From positions 1 through 56,124 of the IMG/VR virus record IMGVR_UViG_3300038749_000008: a stretch of 56,124 nucleotides of DNA; one strand, given 5' to 3'. Each line of letters opens with the position of its first letter. Positions within the stretch are counted from its first letter, which is position 1. The notes under the pieces are model-generated. The model saw only the letters and a program-made list of their open reading frames with translations, did not search any database and was not told where the DNA came from. Shown one piece after another: positions 8,936 to 18,052 of this stretch. The DNA is from a virus (lineage: Duplodnaviria > Caudoviricetes). The translations under genes were made by a program, and so were the position numbers.

Positions 8936-9264
8936 TATCTGAACCTGCGGATCGTGAATTCGGCGACATAAACCCGCTGCGCCGTCGGCTTCGCGATCAG
9001 CCTGAGAAAGGGCACGGGAACGGCCGTGAGATCGGGCGAGAGATGACCGTCTCCCGAAAGCGACGCCGCAAGCGGCCTGACGCGGGTAAGCGCGGCGCCG
9101 AGCGCGGCGTCTCCGAGCGAAAGGGCGGCGAGAAATCTGCGCCGCCTCACGGCGACGGTCACCGACGCCGTTCCGAGCAGTACCGCCGAACCGAGCCGCA
9201 GCGTTTGAGGATTGCGGTCCAGCCCGAAGGGCAGGTCGGCCATAGGCGCGGCGGCGAGAAGCAT
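8935..9264 (-). CDS. Hypothetical virion protein
   Basis: Translationally coupled on both sides; N-terminus resembles that of the next gene. Confidence 0.55.
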   Translation of the reverse strand: MLLAAAPMADLPFGLDRNPQTLRLGSAVLLGTASVTVAVRRRRFLAALSLGDAALGAALTRVRPLAASLSGDGHLSPDLTAVPVPFLRLIAKPTAQRVYVAEFTIRRFR

Positions 9265-9671
9265 CAGTCGAACGCCAGGTCGAGATCGCCGATCTCGAAT
9301 TCGGCCTTGTCGCCCACCTGGATGAGACGCGGAACCGAAAGCTCGCCGCTGACGAGGATATTTCCGTCGCCCAACGTCGGACTGTCTATCAGCGCGACAT
9401 GGGTGATCGTTCCCCAGTCCGACGATGTGTTCGGGCCGAACACGATCGAGGCCGTATTGCTCGAAACGGAGCCGCCGGCGGAACTCGACATGTTTGACGT
9501 GATCGCCGAACGTGCATAGCCATGCGCTGCCGGAACCTCGTTCGAAAGCGAACCCGCTTCGCCCGGATCGGCCGTGAAGAGCGCGACATAGACCGTCGCG
9601 GGCATCGAGAATGCCGTCTTGCCCAGGAGATGGTTGATCAGGGCGCTTTCGGCATAATTGCTGAGTGACAC
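9264..9671 (-). CDS. Minor tail protein
   Basis: 'SNYAESALINHL..YVALFTADPGE..Y.R..FG..WGTITHVALIDS', a common siphovirus tail family; RBS AGGAGG. Confidence 0.75.
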   Translation of the reverse strand: MSLSNYAESALINHLLGKTAFSMPATVYVALFTADPGEAGSLSNEVPAAHGYARSAITSNMSSSAGGSVSSNTASIVFGPNTSSDWGTITHVALIDSPTLGDGNILVSGELSVPRLIQVGDKAEFEIGDLDLAFD

Positions 9672-9681
9672 TTCCGTCCTC

Positions 9682-12600
9682 CTAGGACCTGCGGGCCATA
9701 ATGATGCCGCGTTCGCCGGCGCTATAGACCGTCTCTCTCAACTCGACGATCTCCTCGCGCATCCGTTCGTTTTCCTCCCGCAAGCGCCGCAGCTCGTCGG
9801 TGATGAGCCCCGCCGAAGCGCCGATGGCGTCGACGACGTCGGCGCTGCCCGACGACGCAACCGGCGTTCCCGGCGAATTGTCGTTCAGGCGAACGGGCAA
9901 CTGGCCCGCATTCAGGCTGTCGAAAAACCCGACGCCGAACCGCGACACGCTGGCGGCATTGACCAGATATTCGCCGTTCGAGAACCATGAGAGATTGCTG
10001 TCGCTTCTCGGGCCGCCCGCCCCGCCCATCAGCCCGCCGCCCGCATGTTGCGGCACGGCCGCCAGCGCGGCGGCGATCTGCTCGAGCAGCGAGCGCGTCT
10101 GCACGCCCTCGTCCTTGAAGGTCTCGATCTGCGTCCGGAAGTTCGAATTGAGATCGTCGAGCGATGGCGCGATGCCGGCGAGAATGGCCTCCTGGGAGGT
10201 TTTCAATTCGTCGATCAGCGGGCCGATGACGTCGCCGATCTCGCCAAGAACGCTTCCGGGATCGACCGCGCCGATGGCGCCGTCGATCCGGTCGATCAAC
10301 CCACCGAGGCCTGACGTGACCGCCTGATAGGCCTCCTGATACATCTGCCCCGACGCGCCATAGTCGCGCGCGATCTGCAGATAGTTCTGCGCGGCGGCCT
10401 GAAGGTCCGGGATTGCCGAACTGTCCCCGGCCGACACCCTGCCGAAGAGCGTATTGTAGCTGTCGCGGGCGGCGTCGAGTTGCTGCAACGGCGTGAGGTT
10501 GGACAGGGAGCCGCTGTTGAGGCTGTCGAGAAAGTCCTTGAGCGGCTTCGTCGTGCTGCCGAGGTTGCGCGCGAGGTCGGCGTAATTCGCGCCCGCCTGC
10601 GCGAGCATGCCGAGCGCGACCTCATTCCCCTGTTCCGCCTTCGCCGCGACATCGCGGAACAAGGATTGTGCGGCGATGAACTTGTCGTAGGTCGTCTGCC
10701 CGTCGATCGTGATGCTTTCCTGAAGCGCTTTCAGCGGATCGAGAAATTGCCCGATGAATTGCTGGACGGTCGAGGCGAAATTGACCTTGAGCCCGGCGCT
10801 CAGGGAGCGCAACTGGTTCGCCTGCGCCTTGTCGAGGTCTTCCACCGCGAGGCCCAGTGCGAGGGCCTTCGTCCGCAGGTCGGAAAATTGCTTCAGCAAT
10901 TCGTCGAGTTGGTCGCTTGCCGCCGATACGTCCGGTCCCTGAGCGAGCGCCTTTACCTGCGCCACGACATCGAGATTGCCGACGACGTCGCCGCCCATGG
11001 CGAGGACGCGCGCATAGTCGGGGTCCGTCACGCCCTCGATGCGCTTGGCGAGGTTCTCGATCAGGAAATCCATCGCGGCGTCCGGATCGCTGAACCTTCC
11101 GGTCACATTCGATCCGTAGGGACCGAGCGCCGCGAAGATACCGTCCCGCGAGCCGACCTCGACTTGCGCCGGCTGGCTGAACGTGCCGCCGGTCAGCGCG
11201 AGGATCTGATCCCGCGCGGTCGCAAAGGCGTCCGCCAGCGCCTTCGCCGCATCGGTGTTCTGTTGTGAGAACTCGCTCGGATTGTACATCGGGCTGCCGA
11301 TCTTGCCCGACGCGTCTATCACATATCCCGTGCCCATGTTGGACGGCTTGTTATTGCCGAACAAGCCGCCGACGGCGTTGCCCAGGAAGGAGCCTATCGC
11401 CGGGCCGAGGATCGGCACCGGAATGAACGAACCGGCGATTGCGCCGATCGTGCCGCCGATGTTCGCGCCGATGCCTCTGTCGCCGAAGATCGCATCGGCC
11501 AGAAAATTCCCGCCGAGGCTGCCGGCGATCCCGCCCAACGAGGAGAGGCTGTTCAGCGCGTTCGAAACTGACGTTCCAGAGCTGGTCAGGAGACTGGCGC
11601 CGGCGCGAGGGCCGCTCGATATGAGGTTGGACAGTCCAAGCGCCTGACCGATGCCGCTGGTCGCCAGCGATGTACCGAGCGTGCCGGAAGCGGTGAACAG
11701 AGACCCTATCGATGAAAGCGAGGAGAGAGAGGATAGCGACGATAGGGACGAAAGCCCTCCGATCGCACTGCCGGCAGCTCCCGTCGCACCGCCCGCCGCC
11801 TGCGCGATGCCGAACAGGCCGGAGTTGGCACCGACGACCTGCGTCAAGATCGGCAAGACGAACCTCTGGGTGGCGAGTTCCGCCGCGAAGTTGATCAGGA
11901 ACCGCTTGCCGCCGGCCAGCGCCGCGTCCCACATATTCGACCAGAGCGACTTGCCGTTGTTCGTGGCGCCCGTCAGACCGTCGACGATGTAATCCTTCAC
12001 GTCGTCGGAATAATCTTTGGCGACGCCCGCGGCCTCATCCCAGAACCTCTTCTGGTCGTTCGCCGCCTGCTGCGCGTCGAATTCCGCGAGATGCGCCATC
12101 GCATCTTCGGTCAACGAGCCGTATTCGCGTATCAGCTCATTGATTTTCGCCTGGCGATCGAGCCTGAGCTCCTCCTGATGCCTCAGCGTCGGATCGGAAA
12201 TCTGGGCGATCCGCGCCTGCTCGATTGAGATATAGGTCCGCAACTTTTCGGTTGCGAGTTGCTGCACTTCCGAGGCGCGGCGCTGCTCGTCCGAGGCCGC
12301 CTTCAAGGCTTTGTAGTAAGCCGTCTCGCCCGCGACGCCCTTCGCCGTCGTCGCGATATAGGCCTGCATGTGGAGCTCGGCATCCTTGCCCGCCGCCGTG
12401 GAAATGCCATAGGCATCGGCCACGAGCTTCTGTTGCCGGGCCTGCTTGCCGAGTGCGTCGATGTTGTCGTTTACGGCCTTGATGTCCTTCTCGGCTTGCT
12501 TCGTATAAGCCGAGGATGCGCCCGTCATCTTGTCGATCTCGTCTTTCTGCGAGACCAGCGTCTCGGCCAGCGCGCGCGCCTGCTCTTCGGTGCCGGCAAA

Positions 12601-14010
12601 CTTTCCGGCGAGGATTTCCTGCGTCTTTGCGGCAACGTCGTATTCGTGCCGCGACACGCCGAAGGCGGCGATCAGCGCTTCATTGGCAACAACTTGCTTG
12701 CCATAATCGGTGCCGAGGCCGTTCAATGCATCGCGCTGGCGGGCGATGCTGTTCGAGACTTGGTCAGATTCTCCACGAAGATCGGCAAGGCGGTCGCGCG
12801 TAGCATCGAGTTGCCCTTGCAGGTTGCTCACGACACTCTGTCCGCCAACTCCGCCGCTGATATCGATCGAACCGCGCGTCGCGTCGATTTCAGCCTGTCT
12901 CCGCGCGATGATCGCCTCCGCCGCGCGGATCTCGCTTCGCGCCAGAGCATCTGCAGCCTCAGCCTGACGCAGGCTGAAGAACGCAGCCTGCCGGGCGGTC
13001 TCGTTGCCCTTCGCCATATTGTCGTTAAGGGCCTTCGTCGCCTTGTCGAGTATATCCAACGCATCCGCCGCCGTTTCGGCGGCCTGCCCTGCGCCCCAGA
13101 GTGACGTCGCCAGCGCGCCGACGACGGCGCCCGCCGCCCCAACCACCGCGCCCCAAGGGCCGAACATCGAGACGAGCTGCGTGGCCTGTTGAATAAATGG
13201 ACGCAGCACGCCCTGACCGGAAGCGACCTGAACGAAAAAGTCGCCGACCTGATAACCAGACTGTTGAACGGCGGTACCCATCGCGCGGCTCATGCCACCG
13301 AATCGTTGCATCTCCTGACCGCCATTGCGGAGAGTGACCACCTGCTGCGCGAAAGCCGTCTTGGTACGGTCTATTGCCGCCGTATATTCCTGCACACTCG
13401 GGATCGCGCCGGCGCGATAAGCAACCTTGATCTCGTTCAGTTGCGTGAGATATTGCTGCTGCGCCGCATAGAGCGGATTGTATTTCGCCCGCAACCGGTC
13501 GAGCTCTGCCCCATAGGCCGCGATATCGGCCGCGCGCGCAGCGCCACCGAAATCGTCTTTGACCCCGAGCTGCGTATTGAAAGCCGACTGAGCCGACTGC
13601 GCCCGCTGCGCGGCGTTCAGCTTTTCCTGCGCCTCCGCCGCGCCGAGGGTCTTCTTCCACAGAAGATCCATGATCTGAGCCTTCTGGACTTCGTCCGAAA
13701 GGCCTTGGGAAACCGCTCTGTTCAAATCCTGTTCGGCGCGCGACAGCCTGACGAGCGCGCCTTCGATGGGGTCCGCCTGCTGCTTCCAATAGGAAAGCCT
13801 GTCGGCCGCGCTTTTCTGGGCGGGCGCGGAAGCAACCAGCGCGCGATTGAGCTGATCGAAGCCCGTTCCCGTGCGGCCGGTGGCGGCGGTCACCTTGTCG
13901 GCGGCCGCCGCCATCTGCTCCATATTGTCGACCACGCGCGCCGAACTCGCCGTCGACTTCGAGTCGTCGATGACGACTTCCTGTACGACGGTGTTGAGTT
14001 CGACGCTCAT
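9682..14010 (-). CDS. Tape measure protein (1442 aa)
   Basis: Long Ala/Gly-rich helical protein; 'QVGDFFVQVASGQ..FIQQATQL' lambda H-like motif; C-terminal 'HAGGG..GGPRSDS..SNGEYLV'. Confidence 0.93.
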   Translation of the reverse strand: MSVELNTVVQEVVIDDSKSTASSARVVDNMEQMAAAADKVTAATGRTGTGFDQLNRALVASAPAQKSAADRLSYWKQQADPIEGALVRLSRAEQDLNRAVSQGLSDEVQKAQIMDLLWKKTLGAAEAQEKLNAAQRAQSAQSAFNTQLGVKDDFGGAARAADIAAYGAELDRLRAKYNPLYAAQQQYLTQLNEIKVAYRAGAIPSVQEYTAAIDRTKTAFAQQVVTLRNGGQEMQRFGGMSRAMGTAVQQSGYQVGDFFVQVASGQGVLRPFIQQATQLVSMFGPWGAVVGAAGAVVGALATSLWGAGQAAETAADALDILDKATKALNDNMAKGNETARQAAFFSLRQAEAADALARSEIRAAEAIIARRQAEIDATRGSIDISGGVGGQSVVSNLQGQLDATRDRLADLRGESDQVSNSIARQRDALNGLGTDYGKQVVANEALIAAFGVSRHEYDVAAKTQEILAGKFAGTEEQARALAETLVSQKDEIDKMTGASSAYTKQAEKDIKAVNDNIDALGKQARQQKLVADAYGISTAAGKDAELHMQAYIATTAKGVAGETAYYKALKAASDEQRRASEVQQLATEKLRTYISIEQARIAQISDPTLRHQEELRLDRQAKINELIREYGSLTEDAMAHLAEFDAQQAANDQKRFWDEAAGVAKDYSDDVKDYIVDGLTGATNNGKSLWSNMWDAALAGGKRFLINFAAELATQRFVLPILTQVVGANSGLFGIAQAAGGATGAAGSAIGGLSSLSSLSSLSSLSSIGSLFTASGTLGTSLATSGIGQALGLSNLISSGPRAGASLLTSSGTSVSNALNSLSSLGGIAGSLGGNFLADAIFGDRGIGANIGGTIGAIAGSFIPVPILGPAIGSFLGNAVGGLFGNNKPSNMGTGYVIDASGKIGSPMYNPSEFSQQNTDAAKALADAFATARDQILALTGGTFSQPAQVEVGSRDGIFAALGPYGSNVTGRFSDPDAAMDFLIENLAKRIEGVTDPDYARVLAMGGDVVGNLDVVAQVKALAQGPDVSAASDQLDELLKQFSDLRTKALALGLAVEDLDKAQANQLRSLSAGLKVNFASTVQQFIGQFLDPLKALQESITIDGQTTYDKFIAAQSLFRDVAAKAEQGNEVALGMLAQAGANYADLARNLGSTTKPLKDFLDSLNSGSLSNLTPLQQLDAARDSYNTLFGRVSAGDSSAIPDLQAAAQNYLQIARDYGASGQMYQEAYQAVTSGLGGLIDRIDGAIGAVDPGSVLGEIGDVIGPLIDELKTSQEAILAGIAPSLDDLNSNFRTQIETFKDEGVQTRSLLEQIAAALAAVPQHAGGGLMGGAGGPRSDSNLSWFSNGEYLVNAASVSRFGVGFFDSLNAGQLPVRLNDNSPGTPVASSGSADVVDAIGASAGLITDELRRLREENERMREEIVELRETVYSAGERGIIMARRS

Positions 14011-14363
14011 GGCTTCCCGGCTTCCTTGTCCGCCTTCTCCGATTGAAAGGCGATGTACTCGCTGTCGATCGCATGCACGAAGCGGATCGCGCGGTCGATT
14101 TCCCGCCCGTCCGTTTCGCCCTCGACCTGCTTCATGTAGGTGATGACGGATGTGGCCGGGATGTATCCAAGGCCAAATCCGGTCGGCCGATCCGCCTGAA
14201 GCATTTCGAAAATCCGCCAGTAGCGGCTCTCGGTGACGTTCAGCGTCGGCGGGTCGGCATATCGTTCGGGGATTTCATCCCCGTCCTCGACGAAAGCGAG
14301 AACTATTCGTTCGGTGTGTTCGCGCCATCGGAACTGCCAGTGCGCGAACCCGCGGAGTTTTTT
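14007..14363 (-). CDS. Tail assembly chaperone, -1 frameshift extension (gpGT-like)
   Basis: The -1 frame from the A-AAA-AAC site is open (KLRGFAHWQFRW...YWRIFEMLQADRPTGFGLGYIP...) to the stop at 14007, which overlaps the tape measure start. Confidence 0.85.
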   Translation of the reverse strand, partial: KKLRGFAHWQFRWREHTERIVLAFVEDGDEIPERYADPPTLNVTESRYWRIFEMLQADRPTGFGLGYIPATSVITYMKQVEGETDGREIDRAIRFVHAIDSEYIAFQSEKADKEAGKP

Positions 14364-14761
14364 TCGACACTCCCGTCGATCTCGGCCTGAAAGTTCGACT
14401 CGTCGATGGCGATGCCGATGATCCGCGAACGGAGGCCGACGAATTCAGGCCGCGCGAGGATCGCCGACAGCGCTTTCTGGTCGCTCTCCAGAGCCAGGTC
14501 GAGGATGTATTCCTTCCCGTCGATGCTGAACGGAGCGATCTCCGAAAGAAGCCCTTGAGCCGCCCATTGCGCGTTCAACGTCTCCAGCGGAATTTTGGCC
14601 GTATTGCGGAACGCGGCATAGGGTTTCCAGAGCCGCTCGCGAACCTTGCTTGCCTGCTCGGAACCCGCCGAGCGGACGCGCACGAAAAAGCCGTCGGCGA
14701 AATCGATCCGCTTTCCGTCCTGATAGGTCGCGGGATCGACCGCGAATTCTCTCAAATCCAT
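14303..14761 (-). CDS. Tail assembly chaperone (gpG-like)
   Basis: Between the tail tube and tape measure; RBS AGGAG; 'VEKN' slippery site near the C-terminus. Confidence 0.85.
   Translation of the reverse strand: MDLREFAVDPATYQDGKRIDFADGFFVRVRSAGSEQASKVRERLWKPYAAFRNTAKIPLETLNAQWAAQGLLSEIAPFSIDGKEYILDLALESDQKALSAILARPEFVGLRSRIIGIAIDESNFQAEIDGSVEKNSAGSRTGSSDGANTPNE
14357..14363 (-). promoter_or_regulatory. Programmed -1 ribosomal frameshift heptamer A AAA AAC
   Basis: GTC GAA AAA AAC in frame 0; a -1 slip joins the downstream ORF. Confidence 0.85.
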
Positions 14762-14775
14762 GTCTCAGTTCTCCT

Positions 14776-14821
14776 TCTGGGGATGAAACCGGCGCGGCGC
14801 TCCCCAGAGACGCCGCGCCGG
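14776..14821 (-). promoter_or_regulatory. Predicted H-type RNA pseudoknot abutting the chaperone Shine-Dalgarno
   Basis: 11-bp stem CCGGCGCGGCG/CGCCGCGCCGG; loop UCUGGGGA is complementary to downstream UCCCCAGA, which is followed immediately by AGGAG. Confidence 0.65.
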
Positions 14822-14836
14822 CCGTCGCGCGACAAG

Positions 14837-14857
14837 AAAAACCCCGCGAATGCGGGG
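14837..14857 (-). terminator. Intrinsic terminator/attenuator after the tail tube gene
   Basis: CCCCGC-ATTC-GCGGGG-TTTTT. Confidence 0.7.
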
Positions 14858-14877
14858 CTGGGGAAATTCAGATGTAA

Positions 14878-16071
14878 TCAGGCCCCAAATCGATCGATCT
14901 GGATCGAGCAGCCGAGCGTCTCGCTCGGGTCCGCCGCCCAATTGAACTGCGCCATGACGGGCTGGTTCGGTCCGCCGGCGACGATCTGCGACTGGCCGAG
15001 CACGAGCTGAGGGACGGAGACGATATAGCTGTTGCCGAGATTATCGGTCACCCGGTAGGAAATCAGCATCGCGTCTTCGTTGTCGTAGGCGTCGTAGAAT
15101 TCGTAATCCTCGAAATAGACCTGCATCGTCCCGCTGGCGGCGAGCGAGCCGACGCTGCCCACGCCCGCGGCCGCCTTGCTGCCCATCGCGAAAGCCATGG
15201 CCGCGCCTTCGCGCGTGAACGTCGTATTGAGCGACATGATTTTCACGGCCGAGGGAAGATCGTCGAGGATCAGGCCCTTGAAATTGCCGACAGAGTCGAG
15301 CACGCGGTTGTTCGGCGCCGCGTCGAAACCCGTGCCGACCGCTGCGGCGGCCTTCACTTCCGCCTTACAGAGCGCATCAAGCTGGCCGGAGAAAAACTGG
15401 CCGCGCGACGCGTTGATCTGCCCGCCGGAAAAGAACGTGCCCGGATAGATGAAGCCGAGATTGGGAGCGAAGCGCTTCTGGATCGAGAAGGCGTTGAAGA
15501 CCTTCGCATTGCGCAGCATCGACCCGGAAATCGTGATGTCCTCTCCGGCGGCCTCGGTCGTCAGATCGCCGTCGACCCCCAGGGTCAAATTGTCGGGCTT
15601 GGTGACGACGCGGAAAAACCCGTTGTTCCCGGCATTCGACGCGCCCGCCACGCGGATATGCTGCCCGAGGACGACATTGGCGAACTTGCCCGCGGTCACG
15701 CTTTCGATGGTGTTCGTCGAGGCGTCGAAAGAGATATCGTCGCCGCTGATGGCGAGATCGGCGGCCCATGCGCCCGTCAGCGCGCCGGCAATCAGCGCAT
15801 CCGTATTGCCGTAGCTGATGCCGAATTGCAGGCTGCCGCTCGCCTGCACGTCCTGCGTCGTCATCGGCGCGGATTGCCAGTCGTTGCGAAGTTCCGGCGG
15901 CCGCGAACGCGTCTTCTGTTCACTGAACGATTCCGAATTGACGCGGAATTTCTGATAGTGAACGCCGGTTGGAGACGTGCCCCAGATATCCTCGGCGGCG
16001 AAAGACAGTTCAAGATCGTTGGTATCGGTGCCTGCCAGATAAGCGGTCGTCGCCATGGCCAGTTCTCCCAA
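14878..16071 (-). CDS. Major tail tube protein with inserted beta domain (probable start ATG 16056)
   Basis: 'AEDIWGTSP', 'ELRNDWQ', 'ASGSLQF', 'SGTMQVYFED', 'DNLGNSY..P'; position in the tail operon. Confidence 0.85.
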   Translation of the reverse strand: MGELAMATTAYLAGTDTNDLELSFAAEDIWGTSPTGVHYQKFRVNSESFSEQKTRSRPPELRNDWQSAPMTTQDVQASGSLQFGISYGNTDALIAGALTGAWAADLAISGDDISFDASTNTIESVTAGKFANVVLGQHIRVAGASNAGNNGFFRVVTKPDNLTLGVDGDLTTEAAGEDITISGSMLRNAKVFNAFSIQKRFAPNLGFIYPGTFFSGGQINASRGQFFSGQLDALCKAEVKAAAAVGTGFDAAPNNRVLDSVGNFKGLILDDLPSAVKIMSLNTTFTREGAAMAFAMGSKAAAGVGSVGSLAASGTMQVYFEDYEFYDAYDNEDAMLISYRVTDNLGNSYIVSVPQLVLGQSQIVAGGPNQPVMAQFNWAADPSETLGCSIQIDRFGA

Positions 16072-16098
16072 AGAAAAAGGCCCGCCAAAGGCGAGCCC
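16070..16098 (-). terminator. Terminator-like hairpin upstream of the tail tube gene
   Basis: GGGCTCGCC-TTT-GGCGGGCC-TTTTTCTTT. Confidence 0.5.
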
Positions 16099-16122
16099 GG
16101 TTGAAGTCCTAATGTTCGCCGG

Positions 16123-16539
16123 TCAAACCGACAGGTAGCGATATCGAATGCCGTAGGAGATACCCCACCACACGCCGGCGGCGCCCTCCGGCTCGCGGTC
16201 GCCGCTTTGACCGGCGAGCCTTTCATCGAAGCGGACGCCGGAAATCTCCTTCAGCGCGAATATCTCCCAAACTGCATCTGCAATGGCGCGGGCGATATCG
16301 TCGCCAACGCCCAGCGGAACGAAAACATCCACCATGAACGCGCCCACCTCGTCGCGCATCGGCGCGTCCGGCTCGCCGATGTCGCCACGTGTGACCTGCG
16401 AGCCCGGAAACCGGAGCTGCACCCATGGCTTCCCGTTCGGGTCGAAGTCGGTATTCTCCTCGCGGATCGCGGCAAGCCCTGCATCGAGCCCGGCGGCAAG
16501 CGCCGTCTTCACGATGCTGACCACGGTCGCGCTGCTCAA
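16123..16539 (-). CDS. Tail terminator-like protein
   Basis: 'ENTDFDP..KPWVQL..EVGAFMVDVFVPLG.G'; upstream of the tube gene. Confidence 0.7.
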   Translation of the reverse strand: MSSATVVSIVKTALAAGLDAGLAAIREENTDFDPNGKPWVQLRFPGSQVTRGDIGEPDAPMRDEVGAFMVDVFVPLGVGDDIARAIADAVWEIFALKEISGVRFDERLAGQSGDREPEGAAGVWWGISYGIRYRYLSV

Positions 16540-17159
16540 ATCCGGCTCCTTTTGGGCGAAAGATCTATGTATGGATACCGGTTTTCCCGCGCTGCGGTGG
16601 CGCCCAGAAACGAGCCGTAGCCGAACTTCACGGTCACAAGTTTGCCAAACCTCGCGCGAATGATCGCCGAGGCGACTTCATAGACCCCGTCCGGCGCCTG
16701 CTTCTTGGACCAGCCTTTTTCGATCCGCCGCGCGTACGCCAGCAGGTTAACGAAAGTCACCACGTCGTCGGGGCCGATCTCGACCGGCGGCTTGCCAGCC
16801 TCCACCCCATTGACGAGAAGCAGGTGCCTATCGCGGTAGACGACGTCGTCGGCGTCAGGCCGCATGTCGACGGGCGATAGCCCGGCGATCGTCTCCCAGG
16901 CATAGTCGACCGCCGCTTCATGAACCGCGAAGAGCGCGACAACCGTACCGCCGATCTTCACGCTATCGATCGACGCACCTTCGCGCCCATCCACAATAAT
17001 CTTGCGGCCGACGTCATGGCCGATGGCCGCGCGGTTCATCATCGTGATCTGAGAAACGGCTTCCTTCGCAAGCGCCGCAAGTTCCTTCCGCCTCTCCTCG
17101 CCGGTGAGACGGCTGCGCATCTGCACGCTGGCCTGACGGAAACTGAGCCGCGCCATCAA
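16536..17159 (-). CDS. Neck/tail completion protein (HK97 gp10-like)
   Basis: 'SPVD', 'NLLAYARRIEKGWSKKQAPDGVY'. Confidence 0.75.
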   Translation of the reverse strand: MMARLSFRQASVQMRSRLTGEERRKELAALAKEAVSQITMMNRAAIGHDVGRKIIVDGREGASIDSVKIGGTVVALFAVHEAAVDYAWETIAGLSPVDMRPDADDVVYRDRHLLLVNGVEAGKPPVEIGPDDVVTFVNLLAYARRIEKGWSKKQAPDGVYEVASAIIRARFGKLVTVKFGYGSFLGATAARENRYPYIDLSPKRSRI

Positions 17160-17989
17160 CCCCTCACCTGAATGTCCCAGGCGACAGGGTTCTGGCCCTG
17201 ATAGATCGCCGACGCGGAGATCACGTTGAAGGACCTGCCTTCAAACACAATCCGGTCGCCTGCCTTCGGTGCATCGAGCCCGGCCATTGCCGCCTGCATG
17301 ATGACAATGCGGCGGTCGCCGGCCTGAACCCCGCCGAGAAATTCATTGGCCGCATAGGTGGCAACAGCCCCGCGCAACGCCCGGTCGCGCGAAAAAGACA
17401 TGGTCACCGGATCGCCGACCGAAACCGTCGCGGCCAGCGCGGGCGATATCGGCACGGCTGAAAACTGGTTCATCACCGCCTGCACGCCGGCCCCGGTGAC
17501 GGTATAGGTATGGCTTCCGACGCCGATCTTGTCGCCGGCGAAAAGCTTGCCGACAGCCAGCGGGGCATTGATCGAAATGACGTTCGCCCCCGCAAGACCT
17601 TCCGCCGAAACGACGAAGCCTGAGCCTTGCGGCGGGTTCTGCATCGATCCCGAGCCCGTGACGGAGCGATAGATCAAATCCGCGCCCCAGCTCGCCTCAA
17701 GCGACCAGAGCAGGCCTTCCGCATCCCGCTCCACGGGCTGCACGGCGTCGACGGTGAAGGTCTCGTCGCGATATGTGAGAACCGATCCCGCGACAGGCGC
17801 CGCGATATCGGCGCGGCGGACGTGAAATGAGATTCGCTCGGTCGTGACCAGCACCGGCCCGATCCTGACCGGCTGCCCGCCGCCCTGACGGATGGCTTTG
17901 CAGCTTATGGGCGTCCCGACCGCAGGCGTATAGACCGACGCCGCGCCGCGTGTGGTGAAGATCGTCCTGATATGTGGTGCAAAGTCCAT
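17156..17989 (-). CDS. Head-tail joining/closure protein, apparently two closure-like domains
   Basis: N domain 'APVAGSVLTYRDETFTVDAV' (gpFII-like) and C domain 'VQAGDRRI..PKAGDRIVFEGRSFNV'. Confidence 0.65.
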   Translation of the reverse strand: MDFAPHIRTIFTTRGAASVYTPAVGTPISCKAIRQGGGQPVRIGPVLVTTERISFHVRRADIAAPVAGSVLTYRDETFTVDAVQPVERDAEGLLWSLEASWGADLIYRSVTGSGSMQNPPQGSGFVVSAEGLAGANVISINAPLAVGKLFAGDKIGVGSHTYTVTGAGVQAVMNQFSAVPISPALAATVSVGDPVTMSFSRDRALRGAVATYAANEFLGGVQAGDRRIVIMQAAMAGLDAPKAGDRIVFEGRSFNVISASAIYQGQNPVAWDIQVRG

Positions 17990-18052
17990 AAGCAGTCCTC
18001 AAAACGCAACAGGGCGCCCGAAGGCGCCCCATCGCATCGTGGCCTCCGTCGA

